Positions 43,758-53,285 of a DNA stretch of 64,000 nucleotides are shown here, one piece after another. Origin of the DNA: Candidatus Enterousia sp. (GTDB taxonomy: Bacteria > Pseudomonadota > Alphaproteobacteria > Rs-D84); the NCBI GenBank assembly GCA_045648945.1, contig JAZROX010000047.1, positions 13,615-77,614 of the forward strand, written 5' to 3'. Below the pieces are notes generated by a model, which did no database searches, was not told the origin of the DNA, and was given only the letters and a program-made list of their open reading frames with translations. The translations under genes and the position numbers were made by a program. The first letter of the stretch is position 1. Each line of letters opens with the position of its first letter.

Positions 43758-45815
43758 ATGAATCCAGAAGAAATGCAAGAAACACCGGCCAAGGCCATCG
43801 AAAAATATACCACCGATTTTACTAAATTGGCGGCGGATGGGAAATTGGACCCGGTTATTGGACGCGACGAAGAAATTCGCCGCACTATCCAGGTTTTGTC
43901 GCGGCGAACCAAAAACAATCCGGTTCTGATTGGAAATCCGGGTGTTGGAAAAACCGCAATTGTCGAAGGTTTGGCGGAACGCATTGTTTCGCGCGATATA
44001 CCGGAAAACCTGTTGAACAAGAAATTATTGTCGTTGGATATGGGCGCGTTGATGGCGGGCGCGATGTTCCGTGGTCAATTTGAAGACCGGTTCAAAGCGA
44101 TATTAAAGGCTGTCAAAGATGCAAATGGCGAAATCATTTTGTTTATTGATGAACTGCATACGTTGGTCGGTGCGGGCAAGGGCGAAGGCAGCATGGATGC
44201 CGGCAACCTTATTAAACCGATGTTGGCGCGTGGCGAATTGCACTGTTTGGGTGCGACAACGCTGGATGAATATCGCCAATATATTGAAAAAGACCCGGCG
44301 TTGGCACGGCGTTTTCAACCGGTCTATGTTGATGAGCCGACGGTCGATGATACGATTTCCATTCTGCGCGGGTTAAAGGAAAAATACGAAGGTCACCACG
44401 GTGTGCGTATTGCGGATTCCGCGTTGGTGGCGGCGGTGCGACTTTCGAACCGTTATATAACCGACCGGTTTTTGCCGGATAAAGCAATCGATTTGGTTGA
44501 TGAGGCCGCCGCGCGCGTTCGTATCGAGGTTGCGTCAAAGCCCGAGGCTTTGGATGAGACGGACCGCCATTTGATGCAATTAAAAATCGAACAACAGGCG
44601 TTGAAAAAAGAAAAAGATGAAGATTCCAAAAAACGCCTTGTCGATTTGGAAAAATTGATTGCCGAAACCGAAGAAAAATCGAAAAAAATGACCGCCGATT
44701 GGCGTGCGGAACAAGAAAAAATGCGCGGACTGTCGGATGCGATGGCCGCACTGGACGCCGCCAAGGCCGAGGTTGCATCTGCGATGCGTGCCGGTGATTA
44801 TGAAAAAGCGTCTGCGTTGCAATACGGTAAAATTCCGGAATTGGAAGAAAAAATTAAAAAGATGAATTCCGAATCGCGTGAATATAAAACCGTGTTGCCG
44901 GAACATATCGCGGCGGTGGTCAGTAAATGGACCGGCGTCCCGGCCGACAAATTAAGTGCGACGGAACAATCGAAATTGTTAAACATCGAAGATGAATTGC
45001 GCAAACGTGTTGTGGGTCAAGACGCCGCGTTGGCGGTCGTTGCGCGTGCGATTCGTCGTTCGCGTGCGGGTTTGTCCGACCCGCGCAGACCGTCGGGCAG
45101 CTTTATGTTCCTGGGGCCGACCGGCGTTGGTAAAACCGAGGTTGCAAAGGCATTGGCGGAATATCTGTTTAATGATGATACCGCGATGACGCGTATAGAT
45201 ATGAGTGAATATATGGAACCGCATTCGGTTGCACGTTTAATCGGTGCGCCCCCGGGGTATGTTGGATACGATGCGGGTGGGGTGCTGACCGAATCGGTGC
45301 GCCGTCGCCCGTACCAGGTATTGTTGTTCGATGAAATTGAAAAGGCGCATCCGGACGTGTTCAACGTGTTCCTGCAAATATTGGACGATGGACGTTTAAC
45401 AGATGGCCAGGGGCACGTTGTGAACTTTACGAATACGATAATAATCATGACCAGTAATTTGCCATCAATGGATGCGGTAAAAAAACATTTTCGTCCGGAA
45501 TTTATAAACCGTATTGATGAAATTGTGTTCTTTAACCAATTGGGCAAAGACGTAATGGCGGGCATTGTTGAAATTCAATTACGCAATTTGCGAAACCGCC
45601 TGGCCGCGCGGCGCATAGAATTGAATGTAACCGATTCGGCAATCAAGTGGTTGGGCGAAAACGGGTTTGATCCGGTGTTTGGTGCGCGCCCGTTGAAACG
45701 ACTTATCACGTCGGCGGTCGAAGATAAAATCGCAGACCTGATTCTGTCGGATTCGGTTGGCGAAGGCAGCACAGTCTATGTCGACACCCACGGCAAAGAA
45801 TTGGTGGTGAAGTAG
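43758..45815 (+). CDS. clpB: ClpB disaggregase lacking the N-terminal domain (685 aa)
   Basis: Start at ATG 43758 (RBS AAAGGAG). Residue 12 onward gives [53 protein letters not shown]. Coiled-coil M domain and second AAA module GPTGVGKTE are present. The upstream part of the track ORF overlaps rpmB and is not protein-like. Confidence 0.9.
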   Translation: MNPEEMQETPAKAIEKYTTDFTKLAADGKLDPVIGRDEEIRRTIQVLSRRTKNNPVLIGNPGVGKTAIVEGLAERIVSRDIPENLLNKKLLSLDMGALMAGAMFRGQFEDRFKAILKAVKDANGEIILFIDELHTLVGAGKGEGSMDAGNLIKPMLARGELHCLGATTLDEYRQYIEKDPALARRFQPVYVDEPTVDDTISILRGLKEKYEGHHGVRIADSALVAAVRLSNRYITDRFLPDKAIDLVDEAAARVRIEVASKPEALDETDRHLMQLKIEQQALKKEKDEDSKKRLVDLEKLIAETEEKSKKMTADWRAEQEKMRGLSDAMAALDAAKAEVASAMRAGDYEKASALQYGKIPELEEKIKKMNSESREYKTVLPEHIAAVVSKWTGVPADKLSATEQSKLLNIEDELRKRVVGQDAALAVVARAIRRSRAGLSDPRRPSGSFMFLGPTGVGKTEVAKALAEYLFNDDTAMTRIDMSEYMEPHSVARLIGAPPGYVGYDAGGVLTESVRRRPYQVLLFDEIEKAHPDVFNVFLQILDDGRLTDGQGHVVNFTNTIIIMTSNLPSMDAVKKHFRPEFINRIDEIVFFNQLGKDVMAGIVEIQLRNLRNRLAARRIELNVTDSAIKWLGENGFDPVFGARPLKRLITSAVEDKIADLILSDSVGEGSTVYVDTHGKELVVK

Positions 45816-45845
45816 TTGTTAGTGGATAGTGTTAGTGGTTAGTGC
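45813..45845. repeat. GTTAGTG-type heptamer repeat patch directly after the clpB stop
   Basis: TAGTTGTTAGTGGATAGTGTTAGTGGTTAGTGC. Confidence 0.85.
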
Positions 45846-45870
45846 GGGCGCGATTTTGCGCCCGTTTCTT
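45845..45870 (+). terminator. clpB terminator
   Basis: CGGGCGC-GATTTT-GCGCCCG TTTCTT. Confidence 0.65.
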
Positions 45871-46849
45871 AATTCCCACTTGGTAAATAGAGGTTTTGAA
45901 CCGGCCCGGCAACAAAATCCCCCGTCCCAGAATTGGTAAAGAATGTATTCGTCACCGTGTCATACATTCCGACTTCGTTATCGCTGTTTCGGCGGGCAGG
46001 AATAAGATTTTGAACAAGAGTTTGGTTATTTGTGATTTCCATGTAATAAACTCTCCCTTTAAAACCCCACCCCGCCTCATCAGTAGAAGTGTTACTGGCA
46101 AAAACATATAACGTATGTTGCGGTGTAACCAATGTCTTGGTTATAGCCAGATTATATTCTCCACTTACACTGTGAACATATCTTTGTCTATCATTCATAT
46201 AATTCATTTTAACGTCATAATCAAAATTATTGACCGCGTCCTCAACATATGCCGTACCATAATTTTCGGCAAAAGGGACATAAAAACCACCCGCAGGATT
46301 TATATATAGATTTTTTGCTAGCACGCTTGTTATAACCCCAACAACAACCTGGTCTCCATTTACTTGACGATTAAATTTTACATGAATGCCTGTATTATTA
46401 TTCGGAACAATCCCCGTATCAATATACTGTGTTCCGGTGCTTTCGATATACTCCAATGCGGTGTATCCGGTGGGCAGGATGGATTGTGTCGGCGTTCCCA
46501 ATACGTCCACCAACCAACAATCTGTCGGGTCATTGGGGTTATATTGCACACATTTAAATTCTGTATTAATTGCGTTTTGCACCGCGGCGTTCATGGTCGC
46601 GGCGTCAATCAGGGAATCCTTTTGGTCCACATATTCGCCCGATGCATTATAAATATCTTTCGTTCCAACGGTGCCGGCGGTACCAGTATTCGTTAAAACC
46701 TGGGTCGTGCCGGAGTTGGCCGGGATTTTGTCTTGTTTTAATGCAACGTTGGTATCAACAAAGGCCTTACTTGTCGCAACATTTTCACCCGCCGCAAACG
46801 CAGGCGCAACCGCCAAAACACAGATAATTGCTATTAAAAATTTCCGCAT
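45869..46849 (-). CDS. secreted protein, paralogue B of 28606-29586
   Basis: Start at ATG 46849 (RBS AGGGAGG). MRKFLIAIICVLAVAPAFA/AGE signal. N-terminal 150 aa and C-terminal 45 aa are shared with paralogue A; the middle is divergent. Confidence 0.8.
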   Translation of the reverse strand: MRKFLIAIICVLAVAPAFAAGENVATSKAFVDTNVALKQDKIPANSGTTQVLTNTGTAGTVGTKDIYNASGEYVDQKDSLIDAATMNAAVQNAINTEFKCVQYNPNDPTDCWLVDVLGTPTQSILPTGYTALEYIESTGTQYIDTGIVPNNNTGIHVKFNRQVNGDQVVVGVITSVLAKNLYINPAGGFYVPFAENYGTAYVEDAVNNFDYDVKMNYMNDRQRYVHSVSGEYNLAITKTLVTPQHTLYVFASNTSTDEAGWGFKGRVYYMEITNNQTLVQNLIPARRNSDNEVGMYDTVTNTFFTNSGTGDFVAGPVQNLYLPSGN

Positions 46850-46883
46850 AGTTCCTCCCTTTATGTTACGCAAAAAGACTGTA

Positions 46884-46988
46884 GCAAAAACGAACGTTTG
46901 TGCCCACCCGGGAACCCCTTAAAAAAACAAAGTAAAAACAATAGTCGATTTTTTTAAAAAAGATGTGGACACAAACGTTCCTTTTTGC
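46884..46988 (-). promoter_or_regulatory. conserved 24-bp leader stem of paralogue B (46965-46988 / 46884-46907)
   Basis: The distal arm is identical to paralogue A. The proximal arm differs so that one G-U pair becomes G-C. Confidence 0.5.
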
Positions 46989-47005
46989 CCAGGTCGCACA
47001 TATAC

Positions 47006-47031
47006 AAAACCCGCTGTTTCCTGCGGGTTTT
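47006..47031. terminator. terminator hairpin
   Basis: AAACCCGC-TGTTTCCT-GCGGGTTT with U tracts on both strands. Confidence 0.65.
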
Positions 47032-47033
47032 AT

Positions 47034-47094
47034 CTACCCCACCGGCTCCGCCGGTCCCCCCCTTCAGAATCTGAAGGGGACTTTAAGGGGATTT
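47034..47094. repeat. REP-like palindromic element (CTACCCCACCG...GGTCCCCCCTTCAG-AAT-CTGAAGGGGA...AAGGGGATTT)
   Basis: Two adjacent hairpins read directly. Related copies at 49297-49324 and 60811-60940. Confidence 0.7.
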
Positions 47095-47097
47095 AAA

Positions 47098-47198
47098 AAC
47101 CACCGAAAAATCAGTGGTTGGATGTTAACTACAATCTGAAGAAATTGTGTGCTTATTCAATATATTCGCAACCATCCAACCGTGGGGTTGGATTTTTT
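47098..47198 (+). ncRNA. candidate structured RNA / attenuator-like element ending in a strong terminator
   Basis: Overlapping alternative helices: AACCAC/GTGGTT (47098-47119), GGTTGGATG (47116-47124)/CATCCAACC (47173-47181), and ATCCAACC-GTGG-GGTTGGAT + T5 (47174-47198). No ORF. Confidence 0.3.
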
Positions 47199-47319
47199 GT
47201 TGAAAAATTATTCAACATCTTCAGCGAGGTAGTTACACCCCGTCGGCAGAACACCCGCCGACAAAAGTATCCTAGCAAATTTGCTTTATAAAAAACAAGA
47301 GAAAAATATTGATTGGTGT

Positions 47320-48042
47320 TTAATCGAAATCTATATTCAAATCCATAAAATCGTCATGACCGGCGCCGGGAACCACGCGAATTTTCGTGGCCGGGAAAAA
47401 ACGTCGTGACAATTCGGGCGGCACAACACGGTCGCGTTCGCCGATATAATGAACCGCCGGTATGCGCGGCGTGGTGGTCAAATCTAAAGACCGGGTCAAA
47501 GGTGCGTCGCCAAAGTATTCTGTCCATGCAGCGTGATTCGGAACGGCGGCAATGGTTATCCATTTTTTTACTTTGATTTCCGGATGCCGGTTGATGACCA
47601 ATCCCGCCAACAATCCGCCGCCGGAATATCCCACCAATATGACCGGCCGCCGGCCCGCAATTTTGCGAATTGCCGTCGCGGTGGCGTCCACTATGTTCGC
47701 CGAGAATCGCCCGTCGGTCCAATCCGACACCGTACACGACGGCGACATTATAAACTGGCACGGGCGCGCAACATAGGCGACGTTTGCCGATGTGTCCCGT
47801 GCCGCCAAATCGCGCATCAATGTTCCACGTGGCGTCGGGTCGCGTGTCGGTTTGCCGCGGGCGTCAAATGCATGGCCGTCGCCTTCTATATATATATGTA
47901 TTGGTGCGGCGCGGTCGGTTATTTTCTGGTACGTCATAATTTCATAGTTCCCCGTCGCAACATCGCGTTGCGTAAATTCCTCCGGTGGCGTCCATGTGCC
48001 GGCACAGCCCATCAACATCAAAAGAATTAGTATTTTTCGCAT
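47320..48042 (-). CDS. alpha/beta-hydrolase-fold lipoprotein
   Basis: MRKILILLMLMGC lipobox. VILVGYSGGGLLAG nucleophile elbow. Late GAGHDDF. Confidence 0.7.
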   Translation of the reverse strand: MRKILILLMLMGCAGTWTPPEEFTQRDVATGNYEIMTYQKITDRAAPIHIYIEGDGHAFDARGKPTRDPTPRGTLMRDLAARDTSANVAYVARPCQFIMSPSCTVSDWTDGRFSANIVDATATAIRKIAGRRPVILVGYSGGGLLAGLVINRHPEIKVKKWITIAAVPNHAAWTEYFGDAPLTRSLDLTTTPRIPAVHYIGERDRVVPPELSRRFFPATKIRVVPGAGHDDFMDLNIDFD

Positions 48043-48144
48043 ATTTGTATGATACACCAAAACCCAAATTAAAAAAACGATAAAATTGTTTGACAAAAGT
48101 TTTTTTTAGGCTATATTTATAGCAAATAACCAAAAGGGTAGAGT

Positions 48145-48945
48145 ATGTTTAATAAATTAAAAATGAAATTGGCCGCCCGTCGCATGCAACGCGAATTGGA
48201 CTATGCGGCGATTCAGAAAAATGTTATTGCCCGCGAAAGCGCGTTTATGACCGTTATTTCGTGGCCGTTCCGCATGATTGGTCGCGCGTTTCGTTGGACG
48301 TATGATTGCATGGCGGCGATTTTGTCTTGGGTTTGGGAAGTATTAGTTTGGGCGTTGTGCGCAATTTGGACATGGATTTGCGGTATCAATTTGATTGGGC
48401 TTATTAATCTGGCATTATTGGTTGCGATAATTGTTTTGTGTTCTTTGTTGGTAATCAGTATTGTACGTGATCGTAAATCCATATTCTTTAATAATGCGAC
48501 CGCAACGTCTGTGAACGCGGTTCCGGTGGAATCGACCGGGTCCGAAAAACCAAAATCAGAAATTCCATTGCCGATTCGTCGCGACGCGAAAAGTGGCGCC
48601 ATGCAGGAAACTGTGAACGTCGTTCCGGCCACGCCGTGCGATAATCCCACACTGCGTCCCCAAGGCGACGGCCGTATTCATGGTGACGTTATTATCGAAT
48701 CGCGTGGCGAAAGAATGATGTTGAAACGTGGCACGCGCATTCGTGGGAACCTTTACCTGCAACGCATGCATAAATATGTTTTGCCGTGCAATGTTGTTAT
48801 CGAAGGCAATATGTTTTTGCGTGACGTGCATTTATTGCAATTCTGTGGTCCGTTTACCGTGACCGGCAATATTTACGTAAGTCCGAAATCTTCATTTGGT
48901 CCGTTGCCGTATAACGCGCGCATCGGTGGCCAGGTGATTTTATAA
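48145..48945 (+). CDS. hypothetical membrane protein with beta-helix-like C-terminal repeats
   Basis: 266 aa. Trp/Cys-rich TMs (ILSWVWEVLVWALCAIWTWICGINLIGLINLALLVAIIVL). C-terminus GDVIIESRG...IRGNLYLQ...VVIEGNMFL...VTGNIYV. Confidence 0.6.
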   Translation: MFNKLKMKLAARRMQRELDYAAIQKNVIARESAFMTVISWPFRMIGRAFRWTYDCMAAILSWVWEVLVWALCAIWTWICGINLIGLINLALLVAIIVLCSLLVISIVRDRKSIFFNNATATSVNAVPVESTGSEKPKSEIPLPIRRDAKSGAMQETVNVVPATPCDNPTLRPQGDGRIHGDVIIESRGERMMLKRGTRIRGNLYLQRMHKYVLPCNVVIEGNMFLRDVHLLQFCGPFTVTGNIYVSPKSSFGPLPYNARIGGQVIL

Positions 48946-48971
48946 TCGTTAGGTTCGGATAAAAAAACTAA

Positions 48972-49001
48972 AAACGAATCGCCACATGGCGATTCGTTTT
49001 T
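48972..49001 (+). terminator. rho-independent terminator
   Basis: AAACGAATCGCC-ACAT-GGCGATTCGTTTTT. Confidence 0.8.
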
Positions 49002-49052
49002 ACATTTGCGATAAAATATGGTATAATACCGGTATAACAAAAAGGAAGAAAA

Positions 49053-49256
49053 ATGAAAACACTTGAAAAAATATTGTCTGTATTGGTCAAGAATTTGGGC
49101 TATACGGTTGTTTTGGTATTGTCGATTATATTGTTTGCGATGTTCTCGGACGGACTGATAAGTGGTATTATCACCGCGTTGTCGGCACTGTTGGGATACG
49201 CATGCATTATGGCGCTGTATAAAGAATTCAAACACGCCCCGGCAAAAAAGAAATAA
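49053..49256 (+). CDS. small membrane protein, 67 aa
   Basis: RBS AAAGGAAG. Two hydrophobic segments. Confidence 0.5.
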   Translation: MKTLEKILSVLVKNLGYTVVLVLSIILFAMFSDGLISGIITALSALLGYACIMALYKEFKHAPAKKK

Positions 49257-49261
49257 AGTAA

Positions 49262-49284
49262 AACGCCCAATCGGGCGTTTTTTT
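49262..49284. terminator. terminator hairpin
   Basis: AACGCCC-AATC-GGGCGTTTTTTT. Confidence 0.75.
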
Positions 49285-49296
49285 AGTGGTTAATAG

Positions 49297-49324
49297 TCCC
49301 CTCCAGGGAACCTGAAGGGGATTT
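49297..49324. repeat. REP-like palindrome, short copy
   Basis: TCCCCTCCAG-GGAAC-CTGAAGGGGATTT, just downstream of the groEL stop. Confidence 0.6.
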
Positions 49325-49330
49325 TTTTGT

Positions 49331-50950
49331 CTACATCATTCCCGGCATGGCGCCCGGCATTTGCGGGGCGGATGATTTTTCTTCCGGAATTTCGGACATA
49401 ACTGCACCGGTTGTCAATAACACGCCCGCGGTCGATGCCGCCGCCATAATCGCGGTTTTGACGACTTTCGCCGGGTCGATAATTCCGGCCTTCATCATAT
49501 CGACATATTCGTCTGTTTGTGCGTTGTATCCGAAATTATAGTCTTTGGATTCCGATACTTTGCCAACGACGATTTCGCCCGAGGTTCCCGCGTTTTCGGC
49601 GATTTGCGCACACGGCGCAACAATCGCACGGCGAACAATGTCGATGCCGACGTTTTGGTCTGTGTTCGCACCTTTGAGCTTGGCCAGTGCCGATACCGCG
49701 CGGACCAATGCGACACCGCCGCCCGCGACAATGCCATCCGCGACCGCGGCACGCGTCGCCGCCAACGCGTCATCTACACGGTCTTTCTTTTCTTTTACTT
49801 CGACCTCGGTCATGCCGCCGACGTGAATAACCGCGACACCCCCAACCAATTTGGCCAAGCGTTCCGCCAATTTTTCACGGTCATAGTCACTGGTCGTTTC
49901 TTTGATTTGTTTGCGAATTTCGTCCGCGCGTGCGGAAATTGCACCTTTGTCGCCGGCACCGCCAACGATAAGTGTGGACGATTTATCAACCACAACGCGC
50001 TTTGCCGAACCCAAAACCGCCGGTGTGATATTGTCGAATGTCATGCCCATATCGTCGGAAATAACCGTTGCACCGGTTACAATCGCGATGTCCGCCAACA
50101 TGGCCTTGCGCCGGTCGCCAAAGCCCGGGGCCTTGACCGCACAGACCTTTAATCCGCCACGCAACCGGTTCAAAACCAATGTCGCCAGTGCTTCGGATTC
50201 GACATCTTCGGCGATAATCAATAATGGGCGGCCTTGCTGGGCAATCGGTTCCAGAATCGGCAATAATGCCTGGAGCCCCGTGATTTTCTTTTCGGAAACC
50301 AAAACCGCCGCGCCGTCCAATTCCGCCAACATTTTTTCGCTGTTGCTGACAAAATATGGCGACATAAAGCCTTGGTCGAATTGCATACCTTCGACGACGT
50401 CGATTTCCGTCTCTAGCCCTTTGGCCTCTTCGACGGTGATGACGCCTTCTTGGCCAACGCGTTCCATTGCGTCGGCGATTTTCTTACCAATGTCGGCATC
50501 GCCGTTCGCAGAAATTGTTGCAACCTGGGCAACTTCGGAACTGTTTTTCACCGGGCGGGCGTGCGATTCAATGTCGGCCACGACCGCAGACGCCGCTAAA
50601 TCTATACCACGTTTGATGTCCATTGGGTTCATGCCCGCGGCGATAACGCGACGACCTTCACGGAAAATCTTTTGCGCCAAAACGGTTGCGGTTGTCGTTC
50701 CGTCACCGGCGTCGTCACCGGCCTTTTTCGCAACTTCTTGAATCATGCGTGCGCCGATGTTTTCGGTTGGGTCCTTTAAAGATACGGCCTTGGCCACCGT
50801 GACACCATCCTTGGTCGCAACCGGTGCGCCATACGATTTATCAATTACGACCGTGCGACCCTTGGGGCCCATAGTGATTTTTACCGCGTTGGCCAATTTA
50901 TCAACGCCGGCCGCAAGTTTATCTGTATCAAAAATTATTTCTTTTGCCAT
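49331..50950 (-). CDS. groEL: chaperonin GroEL
   Basis: [12 protein letters not shown]...[12 protein letters not shown]...VAGGGVALV...GAMPGMM. Confidence 0.98.
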   Translation of the reverse strand: MAKEIIFDTDKLAAGVDKLANAVKITMGPKGRTVVIDKSYGAPVATKDGVTVAKAVSLKDPTENIGARMIQEVAKKAGDDAGDGTTTATVLAQKIFREGRRVIAAGMNPMDIKRGIDLAASAVVADIESHARPVKNSSEVAQVATISANGDADIGKKIADAMERVGQEGVITVEEAKGLETEIDVVEGMQFDQGFMSPYFVSNSEKMLAELDGAAVLVSEKKITGLQALLPILEPIAQQGRPLLIIAEDVESEALATLVLNRLRGGLKVCAVKAPGFGDRRKAMLADIAIVTGATVISDDMGMTFDNITPAVLGSAKRVVVDKSSTLIVGGAGDKGAISARADEIRKQIKETTSDYDREKLAERLAKLVGGVAVIHVGGMTEVEVKEKKDRVDDALAATRAAVADGIVAGGGVALVRAVSALAKLKGANTDQNVGIDIVRRAIVAPCAQIAENAGTSGEIVVGKVSESKDYNFGYNAQTDEYVDMMKAGIIDPAKVVKTAIMAAASTAGVLLTTGAVMSEIPEEKSSAPQMPGAMPGMM

Positions 50951-50974
50951 AATATTATCTCCTTAATTGTGTGG

Positions 50975-51077
50975 GTTTGCGTGATAATCGTCCAAATCGT
51001 GGTAAAAATTTTCCTTATGTATCATTTCGTACACTGCGGAAAATTTTTACCCCACCTTGGGCGATTCTGACGCAAAC
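50975..51077. repeat. long imperfect inverted repeat (40-nt arms, 23-nt loop) inside the groES-groEL spacer
   Basis: GTTTGCGTGATAATCGTCCAAATCGTGGTAAAAATTTTCC (50975-51014) against the reverse complement of 51038-51077. 33 of 40 positions match by hand count. Confidence 0.75.
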
Positions 51078-51086
51078 AAGTACTTC

Positions 51087-51371
51087 TTATAATATTCCCA
51101 AAATATCCGATTCTTTTATCAAAACGTAATCTGTGCCGTCTATTTTAACCTCGTTCGCAGATGATGCCCATTTCGCAAACAGGATCGTGTCGCCCGCCTT
51201 GACATTCATTGGAACGCGAACGCCGTGTTCAAATGCGCCTTCACCCACCGCGATAACGCGACCACGGGATGGCTTTTCACGGGCCGTGTCGGGAATGATG
51301 ATTCCGCCGGCGGTTTTGTTTTCTTCTTCAATTCTTTGGATTAAAACATAGTTATTTAATGGTTTGAACAT
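51087..51371 (-). CDS. groES: co-chaperonin GroES
   Basis: [34 protein letters not shown]...GDTILF. Confidence 0.96.
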   Translation of the reverse strand: MFKPLNNYVLIQRIEEENKTAGGIIIPDTAREKPSRGRVIAVGEGAFEHGVRVPMNVKAGDTILFAKWASSANEVKIDGTDYVLIKESDILGIL

Positions 51372-51449
51372 AATAACTCCTTTTATATACATATACTATG
51401 CCGTTGATGGAAATATAATAAGAAAAAAAGCAATTTCAAGTGCACGCGG

Positions 51450-51478
51450 TTGAACGGGGTTAAAAAATGTGGTATAAT
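51450..51478 (+). promoter_or_regulatory. near-consensus sigma70 promoter TTGAAC-N17-TATAAT
   Basis: TTGAAC at 51450-51455 and TATAAT at 51473-51478. RBS GGAAGGAG and ATG 51505 follow. Confidence 0.55.
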
Positions 51479-51504
51479 ACGTGGCAATAGGAAGGAGATT
51501 TTCA

Positions 51505-52830
51505 ATGCGATATACTTACCCGGAAATTCGTGATGTTTTTACGGTCTGCGCCGAGGCCGTTGCCCCGGACGAAACGTCGCACAAGGGATATATTCGGCCG
51601 CGCAGTGATGGTATGGGAAAAATTTTGCAGAATGTTTTGACGATGAATGATGTCAAATTCGAACTTAAACCGGGTGGCATATCGACCGTAAGCGGTGCAG
51701 ATGTTAAAGAAATTTTCTTTGATTTTGGGCAAAGTAAAGCGATAGATACAACCGTGAACGAAATGGCGCAAGACCTGGATTTGCCGTTTCGGGTTAATAG
51801 GCTGTTTCGGCGGGTCGCACATTATAACCCGGATGCCGAACGGGCGCGTCGTGAACAACGCAAGGCGGCCATGGACAAATTGAAACAGATTTTGACCAAA
51901 ATCGAGGGTAATATAAAGTCCAGTGATGATGGCGGTAAATATTTTTATTTTTATGCACCATACGATAAATTGGATGAGGTTGCATCGGCATTTTCGGACC
52001 TGGATATGATGGTGTTCCGGCATGTGAGTCATTTTGGCGGGCATGAGGTTACGGTTCTGCGTTATCCGGCGACAATGGTCCCGGGCGAAGAAGCGGACAT
52101 TATAAATGAATTATCGGACGCATTAAATTTGCGCAGGGAGATGGACGACCGCAAAAAAGATCGCGAGGCATATGAACGTGGAAATTATGACGTTTTTGCA
52201 AAAGAAGGAATCGAAGAATTAAAAAAATTGGTTACCAATATAAAGCCTGCTAGATACTTTGATGAAAAAGAGCCTTCACATTATTTTCTTTATTTCACGG
52301 ATGTTGATCGTGCGTATGATTTAATGGCCGAGTTTGGTATATGGAATGTGAAAAAATATACCGGTGGCGCCGCTTTGCCAATAAAAAATATGGATGAACG
52401 AACAAATAAAATTATAAATGAGTTGAAAGATGCAATAGCTGCACGTGCAAAACAAGATGCATTAAAACAACTAAAAGAAAAGATAAACGGGTATACGCCT
52501 TATGAATCAGATGGACTTAGATATATTTATTTAACTTTCCCATTGAACTTTATGGCGAAAGCCCAGGGATTGTTGCGTGTGTTGGGAATTTCCGCAGAGC
52601 AACATATTATGCGCATAAATCGAAATTCTGGGAAACGACCCGATTTTCGTTCAGTAAATTCGAATGGTATGGATTATTTTGTTTCGTCTCTATCGGGTGG
52701 TATACCTGTTTTGGGAATTATAGAACCGACCGCAAAAGATTCGGTGTGGAATGTTTTGTATGAATTAAAGGATGCGGTGACCGCAAAGGCCGGTGCAAAA
52801 CGAGATATGGGTGGGCGCCCTGGTGTTTGA
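51505..52830 (+). CDS. hypothetical protein, 441 aa, three to four internal about 90-aa repeats
   Basis: Repeated blocks end in INELSDALNLRREMD / INELKDAIAARAKQD / LYELKDAVTAKAGAK, each preceded by [YF]xY[FL]x[FA]P-like strands. Confidence 0.65.
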   Translation: MRYTYPEIRDVFTVCAEAVAPDETSHKGYIRPRSDGMGKILQNVLTMNDVKFELKPGGISTVSGADVKEIFFDFGQSKAIDTTVNEMAQDLDLPFRVNRLFRRVAHYNPDAERARREQRKAAMDKLKQILTKIEGNIKSSDDGGKYFYFYAPYDKLDEVASAFSDLDMMVFRHVSHFGGHEVTVLRYPATMVPGEEADIINELSDALNLRREMDDRKKDREAYERGNYDVFAKEGIEELKKLVTNIKPARYFDEKEPSHYFLYFTDVDRAYDLMAEFGIWNVKKYTGGAALPIKNMDERTNKIINELKDAIAARAKQDALKQLKEKINGYTPYESDGLRYIYLTFPLNFMAKAQGLLRVLGISAEQHIMRINRNSGKRPDFRSVNSNGMDYFVSSLSGGIPVLGIIEPTAKDSVWNVLYELKDAVTAKAGAKRDMGGRPGV

Positions 52831-52866
52831 AAAAAAAATTAATTGAATGTCGAGTTGTTTTTGATA

Positions 52867-52898
52867 AAATCCCCTTTGATTTTAAAAGGGGATTTTTT
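52867..52898 (+). terminator. rho-independent terminator
   Basis: AAATCCCCTTT-GATTTTA-AAAGGGGATTTTTT. Confidence 0.75.
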
Positions 52899-53285
52899 AT
52901 GTATGACAAAAATAATGTATTTGCAAAAATTATTCGGGGCGAAATTCCGTCCAAGAAAGTCGTTGAAAACGAATATGCGATTTCTTTCTATGATGTGAAT
53001 CCGATGTGCGAAAAACATGTCTTGGTTGTGCCGCGTGGGGAATACGAAAATATTTTGGACTTTGCGCGTCGTGCATCCGCGGCCGAACAGGCGGGTTTTT
53101 GGGATTGCTTTGTGAAAACCGCGGACAAATTGGGTGTGAATGCGGAATTTAATGTGTTTGCAAATGCGGGATTGGCGGCGCCGATATTTAACCAAAGTGT
53201 GTTTCATTTTCATCTGCACCTTATTGCCGGGGAAAAGACACCTGCGTGCGTGGAAATGATGCGGGGGATGATATGCGGCGAATAA
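52899..53285 (+). CDS. HIT-family nucleotide hydrolase
   Basis: VFAKIIRGEIPSKKV...HVLVVPRG...FHFHLHLIAG histidine triad. Confidence 0.88.
   Translation: MYDKNNVFAKIIRGEIPSKKVVENEYAISFYDVNPMCEKHVLVVPRGEYENILDFARRASAAEQAGFWDCFVKTADKLGVNAEFNVFANAGLAAPIFNQSVFHFHLHLIAGEKTPACVEMMRGMICGE

Noticed and set aside
49902-50741. 279-aa plus-strand ORF inside groEL (also 49517-50152)
   Set aside because: Antisense to groEL with low-complexity Ser/Ala/Thr composition.
51372-51449. CIRCE operator or sigma32 promoter upstream of groES
   Set aside because: There is no TTAGCACTC-N9-GAGTGCTAA-like inverted repeat. A CTTGAAA -35-like hexamer exists (51434-51440, minus strand), but no convincing -10 lies at proper spacing.
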